Below are positions 9,171 through 21,303 of a stretch of 64,000 bases of DNA, one piece after another (the first letter of the stretch is position 1; every line of letters starts with the position of its first letter). The notes beneath the pieces were generated by a model that worked only from the letters and a program-made list of their open reading frames with translations, ran no database searches and was not told where the DNA came from. The DNA is from an uncultured Actinomycetota bacterium. Lineage in GTDB: Bacteria; Actinomycetota; Actinomycetes; JAHEKZ01. Position numbers and translations under genes: made by a program. The stretch spans positions 896,001 through 960,000 of the forward strand of contig CAVQYR010000001.1 in assembly GCA_963718235.1 (NCBI GenBank), given 5' to 3'.

Positions 9171-10292
9171 TCAGTCGCTGGCCAGCCGCGCGTGCAGGTG
9201 CTCGTCGTGCAGCTGGCCGTCTCCGTAGCGGTAGGCCTGGCGCAGCGTGCCCTCCAGGGCGAACCCGGCCCGTTGGGCGACCCGGCACGACGCCGGGTTC
9301 TCCACGGCGTGCAGCAGGCGGATCCGCTGCAGGGGCAGCGTGGCGAACGCCCACTCGGTGACCGCCCGCACGCCCTCGGTGGCCAGTCCGCGGCCCCGCT
9401 CCTGCGGGAGGACGCCGTAGCCGATCTCGGCCGTGGCGTTCTGGGCGTCCAGGGAGTGCAGTCCGATCCCGCCCAGCAGCCGGCCGTCGTCGGGGTCGGC
9501 GATCGCCCACGCCGCGGCCCGACCGTCGGACCACCGGGTGCGCCGGCGCACGAGCTCGGCGGCGTCGGCGAGGTCGACGATGTCCTCCGGGTCCCAGGCC
9601 GACACGACCGGGTCGGTGGAGTAGGCGAGCACGGCCGGGGCGTCGGTCGGGCGGTAGGCCCGCAGGAGCAGTCGCTTCGTCCGCAGCTGGACCGGCTCAG
9701 CCGGCCAGCCGGGCAGCAGCCAGGACGCGCGGGGTGCTCCGGCCTTCGTCCGGGCCAGGTCGGCGGGCAGCAACGACCCGAGCCACCCGTCGACCCGGGT
9801 GCCCCGATGCACGAGCCCCAGGCGCAGGGTCCCCTCGACCACGAAGCCGACGGCCTCGGCCACCTGACGGCTCGCCACGTTGCCGACCTCGGCCTGCCAC
9901 ACGATCCGTGGCACGCCCTGGTCGAACAGCCAGCGGCACAGCGCTCGGGTCGCCCGGGTCGCCACTCCGCGGCCCCGGGCGCGGGGGGCGACCCAGTAGC
10001 CGATCTCGGTTCCGCTCTCCTCGTGGACGTCGACCACGCCGAACGAGCCCAGCAGCTGTCCGGTGGCGCCATCGACGCCGGCGAACGACGGCAGCCCGGC
10101 CGCCCACCGCTCGCTGCTGCTGCTCACGAACCCGTCGGCGTCACTCGTGGTGTAGGGCACCGGAACGCGGGTCCAGCGCTGGATCTGCGGGTCCTGGCAC
10201 GCCTCGAGCACGGCGCCGGCGTCCTCGGCCGCCCAGGGCCGGAGCATCAGGTCGCCGTCGTGCAGCGTCGTGGGGGTGGTCAGCTCGGGCAT
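9171..10292 (-). CDS. Tandem two-domain RimJ/RimL GNAT acetyltransferase
   Basis: Two EIGY..RGRG.AT / N.AS..VA...GF..EGTLR repeats; start MPELTT. Confidence 0.88.
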   Translation of the reverse strand: MPELTTPTTLHDGDLMLRPWAAEDAGAVLEACQDPQIQRWTRVPVPYTTSDADGFVSSSSERWAAGLPSFAGVDGATGQLLGSFGVVDVHEESGTEIGYWVAPRARGRGVATRATRALCRWLFDQGVPRIVWQAEVGNVASRQVAEAVGFVVEGTLRLGLVHRGTRVDGWLGSLLPADLARTKAGAPRASWLLPGWPAEPVQLRTKRLLLRAYRPTDAPAVLAYSTDPVVSAWDPEDIVDLADAAELVRRRTRWSDGRAAAWAIADPDDGRLLGGIGLHSLDAQNATAEIGYGVLPQERGRGLATEGVRAVTEWAFATLPLQRIRLLHAVENPASCRVAQRAGFALEGTLRQAYRYGDGQLHDEHLHARLASD

Positions 10293-10843
10293 CGGGCTCC
10301 GATCCAGGCGTCGATGGCCACCAGCTGGTCGGGGTGGTCGGGGTCGTGCCGCTGCAGCCGCTGGCGCAAGGTGGCCTCGAGGGCGAACCCGGCGCGTTCG
10401 GCCACGGCCCTGCTGGCGTCGTTGCCGACGACCGCCTGCCACTCGATCCGCTGCAGCCCCTGGACGCCGAACCCGAAGGCGCACACCAGCTCCACGGCGT
10501 CGGTCATGATGCCTCGGCCGCGAGCCTGCGGGGCCAGCCAGAACCCGACCTCGGCCACGCCGGCCAGGCGGGGGTGCAGGCCGATCGTGCCGAGGAAGCT
10601 GCCGGTCTCGCGGTCGGTGATCACCCAGACCAGGTCCTCCCCGGAGGCCCAGCCGGGCTCGACCAGCGAGGTGACGAACCAGCGAGCGTCGTCCAGGGTG
10701 TAGGGCGAGGGGATCGCGGCGATCCACCGCGGGATCTCCGGGTCCTGGCAGGCGGCAGTGATCGCGTCGACGTCGTCCAGGGTCGGCGGGCGCAGCAGCA
10801 GCCGCTCGTCGGAGAGCTCGGTGCGCGCTGGGGTCGCCGTCAT
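10280..10843 (-). CDS. RimJ/RimL GNAT acetyltransferase
   Basis: EVGFWLAPQARGRG, GNDASRAVAERAGF. Confidence 0.88.
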   Translation of the reverse strand: MTATPARTELSDERLLLRPPTLDDVDAITAACQDPEIPRWIAAIPSPYTLDDARWFVTSLVEPGWASGEDLVWVITDRETGSFLGTIGLHPRLAGVAEVGFWLAPQARGRGIMTDAVELVCAFGFGVQGLQRIEWQAVVGNDASRAVAERAGFALEATLRQRLQRHDPDHPDQLVAIDAWIGARCPS

Positions 10844-10982
10844 GCGACCTCATCCTGCCGGTGGACCGGTCCAGGTCACCAACTGATTACGATGTGGTCA
10901 CACGGCGTCCGACGCCGTCGCGGCCATGGGCCCGGGTCGAGTACCGGGAGTCCGCCGCCTGTGCACCCGACGGAGACGAAGC

Positions 10983-13778
<2,796 letters not shown>

Positions 13779-13788
13779 GCCCGCCGGG

Positions 13789-14382
13789 TCAGCCGAACAC
13801 GACGGCGGTGCACACCCAGCGGCCGCGGAGTCCTTCCAGCCGCAGGGCCACCGCGCGTGGGCGCTCGCTACCGGCCACCACCAGGGCCACCTCGGCGATC
13901 CCGTCGGCCGGCTCGCAGACGTGTACCGAGCGCACCGACTCCCGGCGCACGCCGGGGCCGACCCGGTGCTGCGCGAGCTCGGCGTAGACGGAGGCTGAGG
14001 TCCACCTCAGCAGCTGGGTCACCGGTCGGCTCCCGCTACGCACCTCCAGCAGGGCCTGCCCCAGCCGGGCGGCCCACATCCGCGGGTCGGTCAGCTGCGC
14101 CCGGGCGGTGTGGTCCGGCGGCTCGTCGTCGGTGTCGGTCGGCTCCCAGGCCCGCCGGGGCGCCGGGGCCAACGCGAGGTCGGGGGCGGCCGGCTCGGCG
14201 GGCAGCCCCCCGGGCAGCACGTAGGCCAGGGCGAGGGTGCCCTGGACGGCGGCAGCCACCGGCCGACCGCTGCGTCGAGGCGACTGGCCGGGCGGCTCCC
14301 AGGAGGGGGCGGGGACCACCCGTAGCCGACGGGCGGGGACGTCCGGGGGGCCGGCGGGAGGGACAGGTGAGGTCGGGGGCAT
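13789..14382 (-). CDS. Rv3235-family (DUF6459) protein
   Basis: LLEVRSGSRPVTQLLRWTS..VRSVHVCEPADGIAEV..RAVALRLEG..GRWVCT; convergent with secA; RBS GAGGAG. Confidence 0.85.
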   Translation of the reverse strand: MPPTSPVPPAGPPDVPARRLRVVPAPSWEPPGQSPRRSGRPVAAAVQGTLALAYVLPGGLPAEPAAPDLALAPAPRRAWEPTDTDDEPPDHTARAQLTDPRMWAARLGQALLEVRSGSRPVTQLLRWTSASVYAELAQHRVGPGVRRESVRSVHVCEPADGIAEVALVVAGSERPRAVALRLEGLRGRWVCTAVVFG

Positions 14383-14425
14383 CGGGACTCCTCGCGGTGA
14401 GTCGGTGGCCTCGATGGGTCATGTG

Positions 14426-14476
14426 CTTACGTTTGCCTCGGTTAACCTGAGTTAATCATGCGTTTGGTCGTGCTTG
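14426..14476. repeat. 10-bp-phased GTT(A/T) direct-repeat array, AT-rich
   Basis: GTTtgcctcg GTTaacctga GTTaatcatg cGTTtggtcgt GCTtg; GTT at 14431, 14441, 14451, 14462. Confidence 0.55.
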
Positions 14477-14479
14477 GGC

Positions 14480-14533
14480 ATTGTGCGCCGGACCGAGCGG
14501 GCGGGCAAGCGGTACGCCCGACCTGGGGACAAC
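14480..14533 (-). promoter_or_regulatory. DnaA-box-like GTTGTCCCCAG plus -35 TTGCCC / -10 CACAAT promoter of the Rv3235-family gene
   Basis: Box 14523-14533 (minus), -35 at 14503-14508, 17-nt spacer, -10 at 14480-14485. Confidence 0.55.
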
Positions 14534-14582
14534 CCTCGAACCGGGCCCGCCGGGCCCGACCGTTCGGTTAGCGTCCCCGGCC

Positions 14583-15167
14583 ATGGCCGAGTCCCGCGGA
14601 GAACGTCCGGACCCCCTGCGGGGGTGGGTCGACGACGACCTGGCCGACCGGCTCGCCGGGGTGGAGCGGGTCGACCTCGACCGCACCGCCGCCGACCTGG
14701 CGGTCGCGGAGTGGGCCGCCGTCGCCTGGGCCGACCGGGCCGGCCCAGCCGGCACGGGCCGGCCGTGCGTCGTCCGGGTCACGGTCGCGGGCGCAGACGA
14801 GCCACTGGTCGGCACCGTCGTCGACCGGGGCCAGGGGTGGTTGCTGCTGGCGTCACCGCACGGCGAGGTGGTCGTGTCGACCCGGGCCGTCCTGGGCGTC
14901 CAGGGGCTGCCGCGTCGGGCCGTCGAGGGGCACTCGGTGTCGTTGCGGTCACGCGGGATCGGTGTGGCCCTGCGGGCGCTGGCCGCGCGCGGGCTCCCGG
15001 TGACCGTGGCCCGGCTCGACGGCACCCGGCTGCAGGGGACGGTGCGCAACGTGGGGGGCGATGCCCTCGACCTGCTGGAGCACCCGACCGACCGGGCGCC
15101 GAGGGGCGCGGACCCGGTGACGACGCTGCCGTTCGCGGCGCTGGCGACGGTGCGGGCCGAGGGGTAG
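14583..15167 (+). CDS. Conserved actinobacterial hypothetical protein (two SH3/Sm-like beta modules)
   Basis: Two GTV..VG.(D/G)W/A-LL repeats; -10 TAGCGT at 14569; usual neighbour of the HTH-SAF-ATPase block. Confidence 0.75.
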   Translation: MAESRGERPDPLRGWVDDDLADRLAGVERVDLDRTAADLAVAEWAAVAWADRAGPAGTGRPCVVRVTVAGADEPLVGTVVDRGQGWLLLASPHGEVVVSTRAVLGVQGLPRRAVEGHSVSLRSRGIGVALRALAARGLPVTVARLDGTRLQGTVRNVGGDALDLLEHPTDRAPRGADPVTTLPFAALATVRAEG

Positions 15168-15175
15168 GTCGGGAG

Positions 15176-15409
15176 TCAGCCGAGGGGTGGGGCCTCCCGG
15201 GCGAACGGGTGCTCGGCCACGAACTGCGCGGTCTGCTCGTAGCTGGCGGCGATGAACCGGTCGAGCTCGGCCACCTCGACCCGCCACTGTCCACGGCCGC
15301 CGATCTTGATCGCGCGCAGGTCGCCGTTGCGGACCAACGCGTACGTCTGGGACGCCGAGATGCTCAGCACCTCCGCGACGTCGGCCAGGGTGAGGAACCG
15401 GCGCTCCAC
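15176..15409 (-). CDS. Excisionase/BldC-like HTH_17 DNA-binding protein
   Basis: FLTLADVAEVLSIS..YALVRNGDLRAIKIGGRGQWRV; RBS AAGGAGG. Confidence 0.9.
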   Translation of the reverse strand: MERRFLTLADVAEVLSISASQTYALVRNGDLRAIKIGGRGQWRVEVAELDRFIAASYEQTAQFVAEHPFAREAPPLG

Positions 15410-15481
15410 GGGCCCTCCTTCGACGGCTCAGGGTGATCGTGCCGCCTCGGACGGTACTCGTGCGTCGGCCGCCCGAAGGAC

Positions 15482-15492
15482 CTGTGGACGAA
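15482..15492 (-). promoter_or_regulatory. DnaA-box-like TTCGTCCACAG in the divergent HTH/SAF intergenic region
   Basis: Core 41 nt upstream of minus-strand CACGAT (15436-15441); plus-strand -10 CACCAT at 15520 for the SAF gene. Confidence 0.45.
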
Positions 15493-15531
15493 GAACGACC
15501 CCGGTGTCGCGGGGTCGGGCACCATCCCGGC

Positions 15532-16164
15532 ATGGCTGTCACCGGTGTGCCGAAGGCCGTGCGCCTGCCGACCCCCTCGCTGGTCGACGCCCGCACGCTC
15601 GTGGGGCTGCTGCTCGTGGTCGGGTCCGTGCTCGGGGTCGGGTGGGTCGTCGCCACCGCCGACGACGACGTTGCGGTCTGGGCGCTGCGGTCCGACCTCG
15701 CTGCGGGGGCCACCGTCGCAGCCGACGACGTCGCGCTCACCCGGGTCCGGCTGGGCAGTGAACCGCTCGCCTACCTGGGCGAGTCGGCCGACCCGGTGGG
15801 GCAGGTCGTGGTGCGCGACGTCGCCTCCGGTGAGCTCCTGGCCGCGTCCGCCGTACGCGCGGCCGACGCCGTGGACCGGCGGCTCGTCACCGTGCCCGTG
15901 GCGCGCTACCACCTCGCCGCCGACCTGCGGCGGGGGGAGCGGGTCGACGTCTACGTCGTCGAGCGCGGAGCCACCGGGGAACCGGTCGGCGAGCCACGGC
16001 TGGTGCTGGGCGAGGTCACCGTCGAGGCCGTCGACGACGGCGGCTCGCGGCTGGGTGGTTCGAGCCTGGAGACGGGGGTCGTCCTGTCGGTGTCCCCCGA
16101 CGACGTCACCTCGCTGGTGGGCGCGTCGGCCGGCGGGGCGCTCACCCTGGTCCGGGTCCCCTGA
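15532..16164 (+). CDS. SAF-domain protein, CpaB/RcpC-like pilus assembly component
   Basis: N-terminal TM, SAF-like DLAAGATVAADDV..RDVASGELL, RcpC-like LRRGERVDVY. Confidence 0.78.
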   Translation: MAVTGVPKAVRLPTPSLVDARTLVGLLLVVGSVLGVGWVVATADDDVAVWALRSDLAAGATVAADDVALTRVRLGSEPLAYLGESADPVGQVVVRDVASGELLAASAVRAADAVDRRLVTVPVARYHLAADLRRGERVDVYVVERGATGEPVGEPRLVLGEVTVEAVDDGGSRLGGSSLETGVVLSVSPDDVTSLVGASAGGALTLVRVP

Positions 16165-16166
16165 CC

Positions 16167-17456
16167 GTGGGCGCGCGGGTGCTGCTGGCCGTGTCCGACC
16201 GCCGACAGGAGGCCGACCTGATCGCGGCCCTGCGGGGATCGCCCGGTGGGGCGGAGCTCAGCCGGCGCTGCGTCGACCTCGCCGACGTGCTGGCCGCCGC
16301 CTCCACCGGCTGCGCAGACGTGGCGCTGCTGTCGGCGTCCCTGCGCCGGCTGGACCGGGACGCCGTGGCCATGTTGCGTCGCCAGGGGGTCGAGGTCGTG
16401 GTGGTGACCGCCGACCGGGGCGACGCCGACTCGGACGCGCCAGCCGACCCCTGGGCGGCCTGGGGGGTCCGGGCCGTGGTCGGTCCGGACCCGCAGGACG
16501 TGCTGCGCGCGGTACTTGCCGGGCCGGCGTCCAGCGGGCCGCGCACCGAGCCGCGCGGGACGACCGGGCACCTCGTCGCGGTGTGGGGCCCGACCGGGGC
16601 GCCGGGCCGCACCACGGTCGCGGTGACCGTGGCCGACGAGCTGGCCCGGCTCGGCCACGACACCCTGCTCGCCGACGCCGACACCTACGGCGCCAGCGTC
16701 GCCCAGGTGCTGGGTCTGCTCGACGACACGTCGGGCCTGGCGTCAGTGACCCGGCTGGCGGCCACCGGCCGGCTCGACCCGGCCGCGTGTGCGCGGGCGA
16801 CGGTCGCCCTGCCGTCCGGGGTGCACGTGCTGACCGGCGTGGCCCGCCCGGACCGGTGGGTCGAGCTGCGCGGTGACTCCTTGCAGGCCGTGTGGTCGTG
16901 GGCCGGTTCCACCTACGCGTTCGTCGTGCTCGACTGCGCGTTCGGGCTGGGCGGCGGCCTCGCCGGGTCCTGGCCGTCCGAGGTGGGCCCGCCCGACCGG
17001 GACGAGGCCACGCTCGCGTCCCTCGCCGTGGCCGACACCGTGCTCGCCGTCGGCTCGGCCGACCCGGTCGGCCTGGTCCGGCTGGCCCGGGACCTTCCCG
17101 CCGTGGTCGAGCGGGCCCCCGCAGCCCAGGTGCGGGTCGTGGTCACCCGGTGTCGCCGGGGCGCCGTCGGTGGCGACCCGCGGCGCGCGGTGCCGGCCGT
17201 CGTGGCGCCGGTCCTGGCCGACCTGGCGATGCGGCACGGCGGGCGGGTCTGCACTGACGTCCACCTCGTCCCTGACGGGCGCGCCGAGCTCGACAGCGCG
17301 CTCCTGTCCGGTCGGACGCTGGGCGAGTCGGCGCCGGGCTCGACCGCTCACCAGGCGCTGCTGGCGCTCGCCGAGAGCGTCGTCGACCAGTCGTCGGGTA
17401 CCCCGGCGTCGACGACGACGAGACGCTCGCGCCGTCGCTTGCGCCGCACGGGCTGA
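16167..17456 (+). CDS. CpaE/TadZ/MinD-like ATPase with N-terminal receiver-like domain
   Basis: Deviant Walker A VWGPTGAPGRTT, LADADTYG, VVLDCAF. Confidence 0.82.
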   Translation: MGARVLLAVSDRRQEADLIAALRGSPGGAELSRRCVDLADVLAAASTGCADVALLSASLRRLDRDAVAMLRRQGVEVVVVTADRGDADSDAPADPWAAWGVRAVVGPDPQDVLRAVLAGPASSGPRTEPRGTTGHLVAVWGPTGAPGRTTVAVTVADELARLGHDTLLADADTYGASVAQVLGLLDDTSGLASVTRLAATGRLDPAACARATVALPSGVHVLTGVARPDRWVELRGDSLQAVWSWAGSTYAFVVLDCAFGLGGGLAGSWPSEVGPPDRDEATLASLAVADTVLAVGSADPVGLVRLARDLPAVVERAPAAQVRVVVTRCRRGAVGGDPRRAVPAVVAPVLADLAMRHGGRVCTDVHLVPDGRAELDSALLSGRTLGESAPGSTAHQALLALAESVVDQSSGTPASTTTRRSRRRLRRTG

Positions 17457-17475
17457 GGCCACCGTCTCGGCGACC

Positions 17476-19152
17476 TCAGGGTGAGGAGGTCGCCACGTCG
17501 ACGCCCGAGCCGGCCGGCCCGGGAGCCCCGCCCCGGGAGGCTGGTTCGCGGGGCAGCGCCAACGTGGCGAGCAGTCCGAGCAGCACCCAGCCGGCCGCGA
17601 CCCACGCGACGTGCCGGAGGGCGTCGACGAACGCCTCGTCGGCGACCGCACGCACCTGCGTCGTCAGCTGGAGCGACGGCGGCACCAGGGTTTCGGGGAG
17701 CGCGAGCAGGGTCGGCTCGCTCTTCAGGGCGGCCGCGATCTGGGTCGCGGGTGCCTCCGCCACACCTGCCGCGGTGAGCCCGTCGTGGATGCCGCGGCCC
17801 AGGGAGATGACCAGGACAGCGCCGAGCAGGGCGGTGCCCAGGGCGGCCCCGATCTGGCGCGAGGTGCTCTGCACCGCCGACCCCTGACCGGACTCGGAGA
17901 CCGGGATGTCGGCCATGACGACGCCGGTGAGCTGCGCCGTGGCGAACCCGACGCCGATGCCGTAGACGAACAGCCACGGCGCGAAGGTCCAGCCGGTGCT
18001 CGTCGTGGACACCACGGCACCGATCCCCACGATCCCGACAACCTCCAGCGCCATGCCCAGCCGGACCACGGTGCGCCCGCCGTACCGGTTTGCGATCTGG
18101 GCCGCTCCAGGGCTGGCAACGAACGTCCCGACGGCCAGCGAGAGCAGCACGACGCCGGTGTCGAAGGCTGAGTAACCGATGACGCTCTGCAGGAACAGGG
18201 GGAGGGCGAACAGCAGGCCGAACTCGCCCAGGCTCACGATCAGGGCGGCGATGTTGCCGTAGCGGAACGACCGGATGTCGAACAAGGTGAAGTCGAGCAG
18301 CACGATCTCGTCGGCTCGGGCCCGTCGGTGCTCGACGACGAGGAACAGGCCCAGGCAGACGACGAACAGCCCGACGGCCACGGCGCTCGGGGCCACTGCG
18401 GTGAGCGGCCACTCGACCCCGGCCGCGCTGAACGTCGCGGTGGGAGTCCACCAGCCGTAGCGCTGGCCCTCGATCAGGGCGAAGACCAAAGAGGCGAGCC
18501 CGACGATGGACAGCCCGGCGCCGACCAGGTCCAGGCCCCGCCGCGCGTTCGGGTCGTTGGTCTCCGGGACGTAGCGGACCAGGCCGTAGACGATGACCAG
18601 GCCGATCGGCACGTTGATCAGGAAGGCCCACTGCCACCCGAACGTGGTCGTGAGCCAACCGCCGAGCAGCGGACCCAGCGCCGCGGTGCCCCCGATCGTG
18701 GAGCCCCAGATGGCGAACGCGACGGCCCGGTCCTTGCCCTGGAACATGGCGTTGACCGACGACAGCGACGCCGGAAGGATCATCGCGCCGCCGATGCCCT
18801 GCAGGACGCGTCCGAGGATGAGCACCGGTACCGAGTCGAGCCAGTGGCTGGAGGCAGCCACCAGGCTGGCCAGCATGAACACCACGACGCCCAGCACGAA
18901 CAGGCGTCGACGTCCGACGATGTCGCCGACCCGCCCCGTCGTCAGCAGCAACGACGCGAAGACCAGCGAGTAGATCGAGGTCACCCACTCCGCGTCGGGG
19001 ATGGTGAGCCCGATGTCGAGCTGGATTGACGGGATCGCGACGTTCACGATCGTCGCGTCGACGATGATCATGGCCACGCCCAGCGCGATGAAGGGCATCG
19101 CCACCCATCGGCGTCGGGCGGGTGACCGGTCGTTCGTCGGTTCGCTCGTCAC
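17476..19152 (-). CDS. MFS DHA2 (EmrB/QacA) efflux transporter
   Basis: IVDATIVNVAIP, GRVGDIVGRRR, WQWAFLINVPIG; about 14 TM. Confidence 0.92.
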   Translation of the reverse strand: MTSEPTNDRSPARRRWVAMPFIALGVAMIIVDATIVNVAIPSIQLDIGLTIPDAEWVTSIYSLVFASLLLTTGRVGDIVGRRRLFVLGVVVFMLASLVAASSHWLDSVPVLILGRVLQGIGGAMILPASLSSVNAMFQGKDRAVAFAIWGSTIGGTAALGPLLGGWLTTTFGWQWAFLINVPIGLVIVYGLVRYVPETNDPNARRGLDLVGAGLSIVGLASLVFALIEGQRYGWWTPTATFSAAGVEWPLTAVAPSAVAVGLFVVCLGLFLVVEHRRARADEIVLLDFTLFDIRSFRYGNIAALIVSLGEFGLLFALPLFLQSVIGYSAFDTGVVLLSLAVGTFVASPGAAQIANRYGGRTVVRLGMALEVVGIVGIGAVVSTTSTGWTFAPWLFVYGIGVGFATAQLTGVVMADIPVSESGQGSAVQSTSRQIGAALGTALLGAVLVISLGRGIHDGLTAAGVAEAPATQIAAALKSEPTLLALPETLVPPSLQLTTQVRAVADEAFVDALRHVAWVAAGWVLLGLLATLALPREPASRGGAPGPAGSGVDVATSSP

Positions 19153-19208
19153 GCCACGACCCTAAAGGCGCCGCCGAGGGGTGGCTCGCCGGCTCCTAGG
19201 ATCGCGGG

Positions 19209-19859
19209 ATGCCACGGCCCGAAGCGCTGATCGTCGACTGGTACGGCGTCCTCACGGTGGGGATCGACGACGCCATGTCGGCCTGGTGCGAGTCCGACGG
19301 CATCGACTACCCGGCGTTCCGGACCGCGATGGCCGAGTGGTTCGGCGAGGAGGGGTACCTCGAAGCCACGTACAACCCGGTGCACGGGCTCGAGCGTGGT
19401 GAGCTCGAGGTGCCCGACTTCGAGGCGCAGCTGGTGCAGCGGCTACGCCGCCCGGACGGCTCGGCGCTTCCGCCCGAGGGCCTGTTGGCGCGGATGTTCG
19501 CCCGGTTCGAGCACAAGCAGGACATGGCCGGGCTCGTGCTGCGCGCCCGGCGCGCAGGGATTGCCACGGCCCTGCTGTCCAACTCCTGGGGAGACCACTA
19601 CCTGCGCCACGGGTGGGACGACATGTTCGACGTCGTGGTCATCTCCGGCGAGGTGGGCATGCGCAAGCCGGAGCCGCGCATCTTCGAGTACGCGCTGTCC
19701 CAGCTCGACGTCACCGCGTCGCAGTGCGTCTTCGTCGACGACACCCCGGGCAACATCCGCGCCGCCGTGGCGTTGGGACTCGTCGGCGTCCACCATGCCG
19801 GCTACGAGGAGACTGCAGCCGAGCTGGAGGCGCTCTTCGGTGTTCCGCTCGCCCGGTGA
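19209..19859 (+). CDS. HAD-superfamily hydrolase
   Basis: DWYGVLT, LLSNSW, GMRKPEPRIF, FVDD. Confidence 0.9.
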   Translation: MPRPEALIVDWYGVLTVGIDDAMSAWCESDGIDYPAFRTAMAEWFGEEGYLEATYNPVHGLERGELEVPDFEAQLVQRLRRPDGSALPPEGLLARMFARFEHKQDMAGLVLRARRAGIATALLSNSWGDHYLRHGWDDMFDVVVISGEVGMRKPEPRIFEYALSQLDVTASQCVFVDDTPGNIRAAVALGLVGVHHAGYEETAAELEALFGVPLAR

Positions 19860-19892
19860 GCGGTCCGTGCGGTCGCCGACCCGCGTGAGACG

Positions 19893-21303
19893 ATGACCGG
19901 CGTGGTCGACCGGCTGAGCGCTCTTGATGCTTCCTACCTGTACATGGAGGAAGCGACGACGCCGATGCACACCGGAGCCGTGGCGGTCTTCCAGACGCCG
20001 CCGCCCAGCCCTGATACGGCCTTCGACTACGACCGCCTCGTGCACCTCGTTCAGGAGCGCATCCCGCTGGTGCCCCGCTACCGGCAGAAGGTGCGCTGGG
20101 TGCCCGGCAACCTGGCCGGTCCGGTCTGGGTCGACGACGAGGCGTTCGACGTCACGTACCACGTGCGCCGCTCGGCGCTGCCACGACCGGGCAGCGACCA
20201 CCAGCTGCACGAGCTGGTCGCGCGGCTGCTCAGCCGCCCGCTCGACCGAAACCGCCCGCTGTGGGAGGTGTACCTCGTCGAGGGGCTGTCCGACCACCGG
20301 TTCGCCCTGATCACCAAGACCCACCAGGCCCTCGTCGACGGGATCGTCGCCCTCGACCTCGGGCAGGTCCTGCTGGACCGTGGCCCCGACCCGGAGGTCT
20401 CGCCCAGGTTCGATGACGACTGGCTCCCGCTGGTGGAGCCCTCCTCGCTGGACCTCCTGGCCGGCGCGGTCACCGAGATCGTGAAACGTCCGACGGCGGT
20501 CGTCGACCTCGTCCGCCACGGGGTCAGCGACGTGCGCCGGACCGTCGACCGGGTGGGCTCGGCGGCCGGCAGCGCGCTCAGCATGGCGCGGCACGTTGCG
20601 CGGACAGCACCGACCTCGCCGTTGAACACCGAGATCGGTGAGGCTCGTCGGTTCGCCACCGCGAGGGCCGACCTCGCCCGGTTCAAGGCCGTGCGTGCGC
20701 AGCACGGTGGCACGGTCAACGATGTCGTGCTCGCCGTGATCGCCGGGGCGCTTCGCGCCTGGCTGCAGATGCGTGGAGAACCGGTCAACGCCCGGACGAC
20801 GGTCCGCGCCATGGTCCCGGTGAGCGTCGTGGTCGGCGGCGAGGGCGATTCATCCGTCGAGGCCTACTTCGTCGATCTGCCGGTGGGCGAGAACTCGCCG
20901 GCCGTCCGGCTCCACCAGGCGTCGTACGCGATGCGGGCGCACCAGGAGACGGGGACGGCGGTCGGGGCGCAGTCCCTCGCCGGGGTCGCCGGGTTCGGCC
21001 CGCCCACGCTGCACGCCCTCGGGTGCACGTGCGGCGTCCGGGCTGTCGCGCCGGGTGTTCAACCTCGTGGTGACCAACGTGCCCGGCCCGCAGGTGCCCC
21101 TGTACCTCTCGGGGGCGCGGATGCTCGAGGCGTACCCGGTGGTGCCGTTGGCGAAGGGGCAGGCGCTGACCATCGGTGTGACCAGCTACGACGGCACGGT
21201 GTTCTTCGGTCTGTACGGCGACCGCGACGCGATGTCCGACCTCGACGTGCTGGGCGAGTCGCTGCTCGACGCGCTCGACGAGCTCGACGACGGCGGGCAC
21301 TGA
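19893..21303 (+). pseudogene. WS/DGAT (wax ester/TAG synthase) with one +1 frameshift (probably a sequencing error)
   Basis: HQALVDG catalytic-like motif, TVNDVVLA; an extra G in GGG 21021-21023 breaks LHALGARAASGLSRRVFNLVVTNVPGPQ. Confidence 0.8.

Noticed and set aside
15176-15409. Prophage/ICE implied by the excisionase-like gene
   Set aside because: No integrase, att sites or phage genes; the gene lies in a conserved chromosomal block
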